DNA of 23,805 bases from a virus (lineage: Duplodnaviria; Heunggongvirae; Uroviricota; Caudoviricetes), in the IMG/VR virus record IMGVR_UViG_2619619130_000001, one strand, 5' to 3'. Each line of letters starts with the position of its first letter. Position 1 is the stretch's first letter. Under the pieces are notes generated by a model. That model was not told where the DNA came from. It made no database searches and saw nothing but the letters and a program-made list of their open reading frames with translations. A program made the position numbers and the translations under genes. This document shows, piece by piece, positions 15,866 to 23,805 of this stretch.

Positions 15866-16666
15866 ATGATTACTCCCGCACAGCAACACTGGCAGAACGT
15901 GATGGCACAGCGCGCAGGCCGGGCGAATGAAGGCGTGGACCACGCCGCGCGTACCGCGCATGAAGAGGTGCTGTATCGTCTGCGTCTGGCACAGGCACGG
16001 CTTAAGGGCGTACAGGCCAGAAGCGCGAAAGCCGCCATCAAAAAAGAGTTATTGCCGGACTTTTCCGGCTGGATTGAGGGAACGCTGGAGGCTGACGGCG
16101 GGCAGCAGGATGAAGTGATTGCCACGCTGATGGTGTGGGCGATTGACTGCGGCGATCTTCCGCTGGCGCTGCGTATTGGTGCATATGTGGTCCGTCACAA
16201 CCTCATCATGCCGGATAACTTTGGACGTACTGCTGCCACGGTACTGACCGAAGAAATCTGCAACCCGGTACTGACGCAGGCCGGGACGGATGCCGACGCG
16301 GATTTATCCGCCTTTATCGAACCACTGGACACACTTTGGGAAATTGTCGCCAACCAGGACATGCCGGACGAAGTGCGCGCCAAATTATGCAAGGCGTGTG
16401 CCTTTGCCCGTCGTGGCCTGACCGATGCAGACAGCATTGCCTCATCACTGAAGCTGCTGCGCGAAGCGATGCACCTGAACCCGAACGCAGGTGTGAAACG
16501 CGAGATTGCAACCCTTTCCCGCGCCCTGAAAAAAGCCGATTCCGCAGGCACATCAGAAGACGCCAGCGCACAGCAGGCGCAGGACGAAAGCAGCAAAAGT
16601 AAAAAGACAACGCGGAAGCCTGCAACACGAAAAACCACCGCGACGCAGAAGGCGAAGCGCGGTTAA
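15866..16666 (+). CDS. M: Terminase small/endonuclease subunit (P2 gpM family)
   Basis: 266 aa; KKELLP and MPDEVRAKL motifs match remembered P2 M; basic C-terminal tail. Confidence 0.85.
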   Translation: MITPAQQHWQNVMAQRAGRANEGVDHAARTAHEEVLYRLRLAQARLKGVQARSAKAAIKKELLPDFSGWIEGTLEADGGQQDEVIATLMVWAIDCGDLPLALRIGAYVVRHNLIMPDNFGRTAATVLTEEICNPVLTQAGTDADADLSAFIEPLDTLWEIVANQDMPDEVRAKLCKACAFARRGLTDADSIASSLKLLREAMHLNPNAGVKREIATLSRALKKADSAGTSEDASAQQAQDESSKSKKTTRKPATRKTTATQKAKRG

Positions 16667-16759
16667 CGACTGACCCCGTCAGCGGGCGGCGTGCGCGGTG
16701 TTCCGGTTTGACTCCGTGACCGTTTACACCGCGCACCCACCGCCCGATTTTTTTCAGGA

Positions 16760-17263
16760 GTGAACCCCATGAGTATGGTTGCCAGAACTGAACCAGGACC
16801 TGCAGAGGACGACATCACCGATACCGATGATGGCGACACTCGCATTTCAGCAGGTGCATTCTGGCCGGATATTGTGCTGCGCGAGCTGCGTCTGGCGGTA
16901 CGACTGCCGGGCCGCGTGACCACCTCCCGCCTGCTGCATACTGCCACCGGGGCTGTGGCACACGTTACCCGCGAGTTGGAAGCATGGCAGCAGGAACAGC
17001 AGGCGGCTGGCCATCAGACGCTGGCCGATGTTCCGGCACCCGTAATTAACGGAGAAAGCGTCAATCTCTGGCACTGGCGCAATGCGGTTTACACCGCCAC
17101 ACGCGCCCTGATTCTGGAGCGTTACCGCGATGCGGACACAACGGACAAGGGCGACCGCCGGGCGGACGCACTGGATATACAGACATCGGATTTGTGGCGC
17201 GATGTGAGCTGGGCCATCTCTGACATTCTGTGCCGCCCGCGAATCTTTGCGGAGTTGTGCTGA
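16760..17263 (+). CDS. L: Head completion/stabilisation protein (P2 gpL family)
   Basis: 167 aa; LADVPA...GES...ERYR...LWRD pattern as in P2 L. Confidence 0.85.
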   Translation: MNPMSMVARTEPGPAEDDITDTDDGDTRISAGAFWPDIVLRELRLAVRLPGRVTTSRLLHTATGAVAHVTRELEAWQQEQQAAGHQTLADVPAPVINGESVNLWHWRNAVYTATRALILERYRDADTTDKGDRRADALDIQTSDLWRDVSWAISDILCRPRIFAELC

Positions 17264-17463
17264 TGAAAGTGAAGGCACAGGAAGGCGACACCGTGGATTC
17301 GCTCTGTTTCCGGTTCTACGGCACGACGCAGGGCGTCACCGAAAAGGTGCTGGATGCCAACCCCGGACTCTGTCAGCAGGTATTTCTGGACGCCGGGCAG
17401 GAAGTGGAGATGCCGGAGCCGGAGAAGAAGAAACGAGAAATGATTCAGTTGTGGGGGGAGTAG
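17263..17463 (+). CDS. X: Tail protein X (LysM-like)
   Basis: ATG overlapping L stop (TGATG); MKVKAQEGDTVDSLCFRFYGTTQGVTEKVLDANPGL matches remembered P2 X. Confidence 0.75.
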   Translation: MKVKAQEGDTVDSLCFRFYGTTQGVTEKVLDANPGLCQQVFLDAGQEVEMPEPEKKKREMIQLWGE

Positions 17464-17465
17464 CA

Positions 17466-17789
17466 GTGAGCACCATTCAAACAGGGATCACAGAGCAGGT
17501 TATTGCATGGCTCTTTGACCACCTGCCAACGGTGTATGCAGTAGGCGCGGCAGTCAGCATTTCCGCGCTGATGAGTCTTTATGACGGACGAACACTGGTT
17601 CAGACCGTAACGGGATCGCTGGCGTGCGGCGTTCTTGCCATGGCCGTGGCCGGGTCGTTGCGCTTCTTCGGGTTTCCTGAAGATGCCGTGACGTTTATCG
17701 GCGCATCAATCGGTTTTATGGGTGCAGAGAAAGCACGCGACAAGGTTATTGCGGCCTTTAATCGCAGGGTGAAGGAGAAGGACGAATGA
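17466..17789 (+). CDS. Y: Holin (P2 gpY position)
   Basis: GTG start right after X; about 107 aa with hydrophobic segments; immediately precedes the endolysin. Confidence 0.6.
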   Translation: MSTIQTGITEQVIAWLFDHLPTVYAVGAAVSISALMSLYDGRTLVQTVTGSLACGVLAMAVAGSLRFFGFPEDAVTFIGASIGFMGAEKARDKVIAAFNRRVKEKDE

Positions 17790-18178
17790 GCAACACATTT
17801 AAATTCAGCAGCCGGAGCGAAAAGAATTTGCAGGGCGTAAATCCTGATCTGGTGAAAGTGACCCGACGGGCACTGGAAATTTCGGAAGTGGATTTTGGTA
17901 TCACCGAAGGGTTGCGCAGCCGTTACCGCCAGAAGCAACTTGTGGCCACAGGTAAGAGCCAGACCATGAACAGCCGCCACCTTACGGGACATGCCGTGGA
18001 TGTTGTGGCTTATATCGGCAGCCAGGTGTCATGGGAATGGCCGCTGTACGAAAAAATCGCAGCAGCATTCAGACAGGCCAGCCGGGAACTGAATATTCCG
18101 GTGGAATGGGGCGGCGACTGGAAGACCCTGAAAGACGGACCGCATTTTCAGTTACCACACGGAGCCTATCCGGCATGA
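17786..18178 (+). CDS. Endolysin, peptidase M15-type (zinc D-Ala-D-Ala carboxypeptidase / L-Ala-D-Glu peptidase fold)
   Basis: 130 aa; SRHLTGHAVDV ... DGPHFQL resembles the H-x6-D...H metal site of M15 peptidases; sits in the lysis cassette where P2 has lysozyme K. Confidence 0.75.
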   Translation: MSNTFKFSSRSEKNLQGVNPDLVKVTRRALEISEVDFGITEGLRSRYRQKQLVATGKSQTMNSRHLTGHAVDVVAYIGSQVSWEWPLYEKIAAAFRQASRELNIPVEWGGDWKTLKDGPHFQLPHGAYPA

Positions 18179-18582
18179 AGCTCTGGCCCACGCTGGGTGT
18201 CGCTTTCCTTCTGATTGCCGCATGGGGAACATCCATGCGTCTGTCATGGTCGCTTGGCCAGGAGAACGCCAGAAACGAAGCACAGGCCAGCACCCTGAAA
18301 AGTACCGTCGACACCCTGAATATCATCAGCGCCGGGGTACAGGATATGCAGCAGGTGCTGGCGCAACTTCGCGTGGAAAATCAACAGCGAAATCAGGACG
18401 GAGAGGCCAGACGTGAACAGCTACGCAACGATATTGCAAAAGATGAATGCGCCCACGCTTTGCCTGACGCTCGTTTTACTGACAGGTTGCGCAGGCACGC
18501 AGAACGCGCCACGGCCAGCGCCGTCAGTCCGGCTTATACCGCAGACGCTGACCATGCCGGTAATGCCTCCCCCCTTCCCTGA
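18175..18582 (+). CDS. i-spanin (Rz / LysB-like)
   Basis: ATG 18175 overlapping the endolysin stop; N-terminal TM LWPTLGVAFLLIAAWG then coiled-coil-like region. Confidence 0.7.
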   Translation: MKLWPTLGVAFLLIAAWGTSMRLSWSLGQENARNEAQASTLKSTVDTLNIISAGVQDMQQVLAQLRVENQQRNQDGEARREQLRNDIAKDECAHALPDARFTDRLRRHAERATASAVSPAYTADADHAGNASPLP

Positions 18583-18733
18583 TACTCCCACATGGGGAAA
18601 TCTCGGTATATGGGGCGACCGCCTTCTGGATGCACTGGAAACCTGTAACGCGGATAAACGGGCCATTGAATTACTGGAACAGCGCAGGCTGCAACGACTG
18701 AACAACGAGGACAACAACCATGCTGAAAACTGA
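18443..18733 (+). CDS. o-spanin (Rz1 / LysC-like lipoprotein), embedded in the +1 frame of the i-spanin
   Basis: MNAPTLCLTLVLLTGC has a lipobox (LTGC) and Pro-rich mature region; start could alternatively be 18413. Confidence 0.55.
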   Translation: MNAPTLCLTLVLLTGCAGTQNAPRPAPSVRLIPQTLTMPVMPPPFPDTPTWGNLGIWGDRLLDALETCNADKRAIELLEQRRLQRLNNEDNNHAEN

Positions 18734-19187
18734 TTCCCTGCGTGAAGCCATGACCCGTTCATGCCGATGGTGTCAGGCTAACCCGGAAAAATTCACCATT
18801 TTCGTGGAGAGCGGCAACATTGAAACGACCGGAGAAACGCCCTCGTTTGTTTACCGCTATCAGATGGTGATGTTTGTCATGGATTACGCCGGAGAGCTGG
18901 ACGACCTCACGCTGCCGCTGCTGGCGTGGTTATCCGAAAATCAGCCACAATTGTTGCTCAACCCTGAGCGTAATCAGGACATCAAATTCTCCGCCGTTAT
19001 CAATGACGATGACAGCGCCGATCTCCTGTTTACGCTCCCCCTGCGGGAACGCGTTCGCATCACGCGCAGCAGTCAGGGCACACCGCAGGCAGAACACCTG
19101 CCGGAGCCAAAACCCCGCCTGCCATCTTCCGAAGGCGACTGGTCGCATGTATTCCAGGATGTGACGTGGGGTGAAAGCGATGGATAA
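18720..19187 (+). CDS. R: Tail completion protein (P2 gpR family)
   Basis: 155 aa, same length as P2 R, position after lysis genes. Confidence 0.8.
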   Translation: MLKTDSLREAMTRSCRWCQANPEKFTIFVESGNIETTGETPSFVYRYQMVMFVMDYAGELDDLTLPLLAWLSENQPQLLLNPERNQDIKFSAVINDDDSADLLFTLPLRERVRITRSSQGTPQAEHLPEPKPRLPSSEGDWSHVFQDVTWGESDG

Positions 19188-19815
19188 GGCATTCACCCGC
19201 GTGGATGAAAGCTTTGAGGCCATCCGCGACAGCCTGAATCAGCAGGCCATCAATAACATCGCCAGAAAGCTGGCACAGGATTTACGCCGCGCCCAGCAGG
19301 CGCGTATCCGGTCACAGAAAGCGCCGGACGGGACCGCGTGGACACCACGCAGACGCCGCGTAACCCGGATACAGGAACGCATTCGCTTTATCTGGAATAA
19401 CGAAGCACGCGCGCTGAAAAACTGGCATCACGACACGGGGAAATACGGGCGAACCATTACCGGGTGGGATGAGGATAAAAACAATATCCGCACGTTTTAC
19501 CGGGATGACATCGACCGTTTTCTGGAAATACGCACCCGGCGCATCAACCAGGACAGCACAAAGCGCGTCCCCATGTTCGTAAAACTGCGCACCGCCCGCT
19601 ACCTGAAAGCCCGTGCAGATGCTTCCGGTGTGACGGTGGGTTACAGCGGCGTGGCCGCACGTATTGCCCGCGTTCATCAGTTCGGTGAGCGCGATCAGGT
19701 TGCGCCGGGCATTTTCACCGATTACCCGGTACGTGAGCTGTTGGGTATCAGCCAGGCAGATGAGCGCCTGATTTATAACACGGTGCTGGGCCGGATTGCG
19801 GAGGCTGTACGGTGA
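19171..19815 (+). CDS. S: Tail completion / virion morphogenesis protein (P2 gpS family)
   Basis: 214 aa following R with overlapping start; longer than P2 S. Confidence 0.75.
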   Translation: MKAMDKAFTRVDESFEAIRDSLNQQAINNIARKLAQDLRRAQQARIRSQKAPDGTAWTPRRRRVTRIQERIRFIWNNEARALKNWHHDTGKYGRTITGWDEDKNNIRTFYRDDIDRFLEIRTRRINQDSTKRVPMFVKLRTARYLKARADASGVTVGYSGVAARIARVHQFGERDQVAPGIFTDYPVRELLGISQADERLIYNTVLGRIAEAVR

Positions 19816-20393
19816 GCGCAGAACTCATGCGACTGCTGAGCAACATCATCCGTACCGGGATCATCTCTGAAGTTGATGAGGAATCCTGGTGCGTGCGCGT
19901 TCGCAGCGGCGAACTGGAAACAGGCTGGCTGCGCTGGAACACCACGCGCGCGGGAGCCTTCAATGTGTGGCTGCCGCCATCACCAGGCGAACAGGTGGTA
20001 ATTGCCTGCATTGGCGGCAACCCGGAAACCGCCATGATAATTGGCAGCCTGTGGAGTGATGCCAATCCGGCCCCCGGCAAAAGCCTGAAAGAAATCGTGA
20101 TCAGCGCGCCGGATGGCGCGGCGTTCCGCTACGACGCGGACGCAGGCGCACTGAGCGCCAGCGGCATGAAAACGGCCACTTTACAGGCATCCGTCAGCGT
20201 GACACTGGACACGCCCGTCGTGGAATGCACAAACCTTCTGAGAACAGCGACGCTTGACGTCACAAAAGGAGGAAAGATGAGCGGCAATATCACGCACAGC
20301 GGCGGCGATTTCACCTCAAACGGCATCACAGTGCATACGCATAAACACGGTGGCGTTAAAGGTGGCAGCGATTCGACAGGAGGCCCGCAGTGA
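19812..20393 (+). CDS. V: Baseplate spike/assembly protein (P2 gpV family)
   Basis: 193 aa; Gly-rich C-terminus and position before W-J-I. Confidence 0.85.
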   Translation: MSAELMRLLSNIIRTGIISEVDEESWCVRVRSGELETGWLRWNTTRAGAFNVWLPPSPGEQVVIACIGGNPETAMIIGSLWSDANPAPGKSLKEIVISAPDGAAFRYDADAGALSASGMKTATLQASVSVTLDTPVVECTNLLRTATLDVTKGGKMSGNITHSGGDFTSNGITVHTHKHGGVKGGSDSTGGPQ

Positions 20394-20740
20394 CAACCCG
20401 CTACACAGGAATGAACCCGGACGGAACGGGAAACCTGAACGATACGGAGCACCTGAAACAGTCAGTCAGGGACATCCTGACCACCCCGCTGGCAAGCCGG
20501 GTTATGCGACGGGAATATGGCAGCCTTGTGCCTGATTTGATTGACGAACCCATGAATAACACAACTCGTCTGCAATGCATGAGTGCTGCCGTGATTGCGC
20601 TGACACGATGGGAACCCCGCATTGCCCTGGACGCCATCGACGTTGTCTGGAAGGCAGGAGGCCGCGCCGGGGTGACGCTGTCGGGCACTGTCATGCAGAC
20701 CATGCAGAATGTTGAATTAACCATCACGCTGAGAGAGTAA
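20390..20740 (+). CDS. W: Baseplate wedge protein (P2 gpW / gp25-like)
   Basis: 116 aa; MTTRYTGMNPDG...RVMRREYGSL matches remembered P2 W. Confidence 0.85.
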   Translation: MTTRYTGMNPDGTGNLNDTEHLKQSVRDILTTPLASRVMRREYGSLVPDLIDEPMNNTTRLQCMSAAVIALTRWEPRIALDAIDVVWKAGGRAGVTLSGTVMQTMQNVELTITLRE

Positions 20741-20743
20741 ATC

Positions 20744-21640
20744 ATGCCTGCTGTTGACCTTTCCCAGTTACCGGAACCCGCCATCATCGCGGAGCCTGAT
20801 TTTGAGGCAATTCTGGCTGACACAAAGGCCATGATGATTGCGTCCTATCCTGCCGAACAGCGTGAAGCCGTCTCCGCCGCGCTGGAGCTGGAATCGGAAC
20901 CCCTGAACGTTATCGCTCAAACCATGTCTTTTCGTGAAATGCTGTTACGCCAGCGGGTCAATGAGGGTGCACGCGCCTGCATGCTAAGCCACAGCGCCGG
21001 GACAGACCTGGACAACCTCGCGGGCAATATGAACACAAAGCGCCTGGTTATCACTCCGGCAACGGATACCACCGACGCAGTGATGGAAAGTGACACCTCG
21101 CTGAGACTACGGGCGCAACGGGCATATGACGGTCTGAGTGTTGCTGGCCCGTCAGGTGCATACGAGTATTTTGCACGCAGCGCCAGCGGTCTGGTACGCG
21201 ATGCGCGGGCCATCAGCCCGTCTCCGGCCAACGTGACGGTTTCCATCCTGTCCACTGAGGGCGACGGCACAGCAACGGAGGTGTTGCTTAATACCGTTCG
21301 CGCCGTTCTGAATGCAGAGGATACCCGCCCGGTGGCCGACCGCCTGACCGTACAGAGTGCCAGAATCGTGACATGGCGGCTGAATGCAAAACTGTACTTT
21401 TACCCCGGCCCGGAATCCGAACCTATTCTGGCCGCGGCGGAATCGTCGTTCAGGAAGTGGCTGTCTGAGCAGGGGCTTATCGGTCAGGACGTGGCGTTGT
21501 CAGCCATTGCTGCCGCATTGCATGTGCACGGTGTGCAACGCGTGGAGATAATCGAACCCACACAAAATATGGCCATCAGCGACATACAGGCGGCGCGCTG
21601 TGAGTCATTCACCATCAGCGAAGGTGGGCGTAATGAGTAA
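20744..21640 (+). CDS. J: Baseplate protein J
   Basis: 298 aa; LESEPL, RQRVNE, GLSVAG, VSILS, RPVADRVTVQSA, LHVHGVQRVE motifs match remembered P2 J. Confidence 0.9.
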   Translation: MPAVDLSQLPEPAIIAEPDFEAILADTKAMMIASYPAEQREAVSAALELESEPLNVIAQTMSFREMLLRQRVNEGARACMLSHSAGTDLDNLAGNMNTKRLVITPATDTTDAVMESDTSLRLRAQRAYDGLSVAGPSGAYEYFARSASGLVRDARAISPSPANVTVSILSTEGDGTATEVLLNTVRAVLNAEDTRPVADRLTVQSARIVTWRLNAKLYFYPGPESEPILAAAESSFRKWLSEQGLIGQDVALSAIAAALHVHGVQRVEIIEPTQNMAISDIQAARCESFTISEGGRNE

Positions 21641-22163
21641 TTCACTGTTACCGCCATCAGCCAGCAATTTCATGCGTTGTGCCGAAGCTGTCGGAACGCG
21701 CATTACAGACATTCCGGTAGACCTCAACACGCTGTGGTCGCCGGACACCTGCCCGGTGCATCTGCTGCCTTATCTCGCCTGGGCATTTTCCGTTGACCGC
21801 TGGGATCGCAACTGGCAGGAAGAGACAAAGCGACAGGTGATTCGTGATGCATGGCTGATACACCGACACAAAGGGACCATCAGCGCACTGCGCCGGGCCA
21901 TTGAGCCGCTGGGATACCTCATTCGTGTGTCTGAGTGGTGGGAGTTCGGCGGAGAACCGGGAACATTTACCGTTGAAGTCGGCACGCTGGACAGTGGCGT
22001 GACGGAGGAAATGTATCTGGAAATGGAGCGGTTGATTGCTGATGCCCGCCCGGTCAGCCGCCACATGACAGGGCTGAATATCATTCAGGAGATCCCGGGG
22101 GATATTTTCGCGGCGGCAGCAACTTACGACGGTGAAGTCATTACCATTTATCCGGACGATTAA
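21633..22163 (+). CDS. I: Baseplate protein I
   Basis: 176 aa from ATG 21633 (overlaps J stop); [22 protein letters not shown] and EMERLIADA match P2 I. Confidence 0.9.
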   Translation: MSNSLLPPSASNFMRCAEAVGTRITDIPVDLNTLWSPDTCPVHLLPYLAWAFSVDRWDRNWQEETKRQVIRDAWLIHRHKGTISALRRAIEPLGYLIRVSEWWEFGGEPGTFTVEVGTLDSGVTEEMYLEMERLIADARPVSRHMTGLNIIQEIPGDIFAAAATYDGEVITIYPDD

Positions 22164-22165
22164 GC

Positions 22166-23805
22166 ATGAGTACCACAACACGAAAATTTAAAACCATTAT
22201 CACTGATACTGGTGCCAAAAAATTAGCTCAGGCAGCCGCGCCAGATGGTAATCCTGTCCGCCTGACTCACATGGCCGTGGGCGACGGTGGCGGCACGTTG
22301 CCCACACCAGACAGTAAGCAGACCCGTCTGGTGCATGAGGTGTGGCGACATACTGTTAATCGCGTCATCCTGGACGCAACACATCAGAACCGCATTATTG
22401 CGGAGCTGGTTATTCCTCCTGAAACGGGCGGATTCTGGATCCGGGAAATTGGTGTATTTGATGAGCACGGCGATTTAATCGCGGTGGGCAATACTGCCGA
22501 AAGTTACAAACCAACCGTTGCCGAGGGGTCCGGACGTGCACAAACATTTCGCACCATTCTGACCGTATCCAGCACTGCCACCGTGGCGCTTACCGTGGAT
22601 AACACCATGGTGATGGCCACAGTGGATTACGTGAATGACAAACTGAAAGAACATGAACAGTCACGACGTCACCCGGACGCCTCGCTGACCGCAAAAGGCT
22701 TTGTTCAACTCAGTAGCGCCACTAACAGCACGTCTGAAGCACTGGCCGCAACGCCGAAAGCGGTCAAGACAGCCTATGACCTTGCTAACGGGAAATATAC
22801 CGCTCAGGACGCCACGACGGCACGAAAAGGAATAGTCCAACTCAGTAGCGCCACTAACAGCACGTCTGAAGCACTGGCCGCAACGCCGAAAGCGGTCAAG
22901 ACAGCCTATGACCTTGCTAACGGGAAATATACCGCTCAGGACGCCACGACGGCACGAAAAGGAATAGTCCAACTCAGTAGCGCCACTAACAGCACGTCTG
23001 AAGCACTGGCCGCAACGCCGAAAGCGGTCAAGACAGCCTATGACCTTGCTAACGGGAAATATACCGCTCAGGACGCCACGACGGCACGAAAAGGAATAGT
23101 CCAACTCAGTAGCGCCACTAACAGCACGTCTGAAGCACTGGCCGCAACGCCGAAAGCGGTCAAGACAGCCTATGACCTTGCTAACGGGAAATATACCGCA
23201 CAGGACGCCACGACGGCACGAAAAGGAATAGTCCAGCTCAGTAGCGTCACTAACAGTGATTCTGAAACGCTTGCCGCGACTCCGAAAGCGGTGAAAGCCG
23301 CTAATGACAATGCAAACGGGCGTGTGCCCTCTGGACGTAAGGTTAATGGCAAATCACTAGCCAATGATGTCAATGTTACATCGCAGGATATTTTTAACGA
23401 CCAGAGTATTGAGATTGGTGCAAATCAGAATCTGGATAATTACAAAACACCGGGGCTGTACCATCAGCCATTGAATGCCAATACAAGCGCAGCGCTGAAA
23501 TACCCGGAGAATTTTGCGGGTACACTGGTTGTGCTTAAAAATGCCGGGATAACACAGATTTACTATGTGTATGACACATCCAGAAGCTATACCCGCAGCC
23601 AGTACTCAACGGGTGACTGGACACCATGGACGCCACAAGATTCATTTCCGGTAGGTGCGGCGATACCGTGGCCTTCTGATTCAGTGCCTACAGGCTATAC
23701 CGTTATGCAGGGGCAGACTTTTGATAAAACAGTCTACCCCCTGCTTGCAGTCGCTTATCCGTCTGGTGTGATCCCTGATATGCGTGGCTGGACGATTAAG
23801 GGCAA
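22166..23805 (+). CDS. H: Tail fibre protein (P2 gpH family), 3'-truncated by window edge
   Basis: N-terminus [21 protein letters not shown]...MAVGDGGG...[17 protein letters not shown] matches P2 H; open reading frame continues to the last base of the window. Confidence 0.85.
   Translation, partial: MSTTTRKFKTIITDTGAKKLAQAAAPDGNPVRLTHMAVGDGGGTLPTPDSKQTRLVHEVWRHTVNRVILDATHQNRIIAELVIPPETGGFWIREIGVFDEHGDLIAVGNTAESYKPTVAEGSGRAQTFRTILTVSSTATVALTVDNTMVMATVDYVNDKLKEHEQSRRHPDASLTAKGFVQLSSATNSTSEALAATPKAVKTAYDLANGKYTAQDATTARKGIVQLSSATNSTSEALAATPKAVKTAYDLANGKYTAQDATTARKGIVQLSSATNSTSEALAATPKAVKTAYDLANGKYTAQDATTARKGIVQLSSATNSTSEALAATPKAVKTAYDLANGKYTAQDATTARKGIVQLSSVTNSDSETLAATPKAVKAANDNANGRVPSGRKVNGKSLANDVNVTSQDIFNDQSIEIGANQNLDNYKTPGLYHQPLNANTSAALKYPENFAGTLVVLKNAGITQIYYVYDTSRSYTRSQYSTGDWTPWTPQDSFPVGAAIPWPSDSVPTGYTVMQGQTFDKTVYPLLAVAYPSGVIPDMRGWTIKG
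22690..23290 (+). repeat. 132-bp (44-aa) in-frame tandem repeat within H: four near-identical units plus a diverged fifth
   Basis: Anchor CAGTAGCGCC recurs at 22711, 22843, 22975 and 23107 (period 132), with a diverged CAGTAGCGTC at 23239; encodes [44 protein letters not shown]. Confidence 0.9.

Noticed and set aside
17247-17789. 180-aa ORF spanning X and the holin region
   Set aside because: Its 5' part overlaps gpX in a different frame; the holin is more plausibly the GTG-initiated 3' portion (17466-17789).
22661-23104. Minus-strand 147-aa ORF with an internally triplicated sequence
   Set aside because: It is the antisense reading of the 132-bp tandem repeat inside tail fibre gene H; the sense frame matches P2 H, so this ORF is an artefact of the repeat.
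22690-23290. Possible CRISPR array (regularly spaced identical repeats)
   Set aside because: Units are directly abutting 132-bp repeats with no unique spacers and lie in-frame inside a protein-coding gene; no cas genes nearby.

Overview
This window reads as the integrase-proximal ~24 kb of a P2-family (Peduovirus-like) temperate phage, most likely a prophage inserted at a tRNA-Leu gene. The order matches the P2 prophage map: att core (3' segment of tRNA-Leu, window edge) - int - two AT-rich cargo genes - HTH immunity repressor - divergent early operon - replication initiator A - variable locus - cos region - Q and P (leftward) - O N M L X - lysis cassette - R S V W J I - start of tail fibre H (runs off the window). 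All calls rest on reading the translated ORFs and the DNA by eye against remembered family signatures; no search was run. The most interesting part is the A-to-Q variable locus (about 8005-10955), which P2 fills with tin/old. Here it carries an R1-type parM/parR actin-like partition module, a zinc-ribbon/coiled-coil protein and an AT-rich three-helix membrane protein. A second cargo island sits inside the repressor-integrase operon (1163-2190). The tail fibre gene contains an expanded 132-bp tandem repeat. Which, if any, of the cargo genes form a defence or exclusion system cannot be decided from sequence alone.
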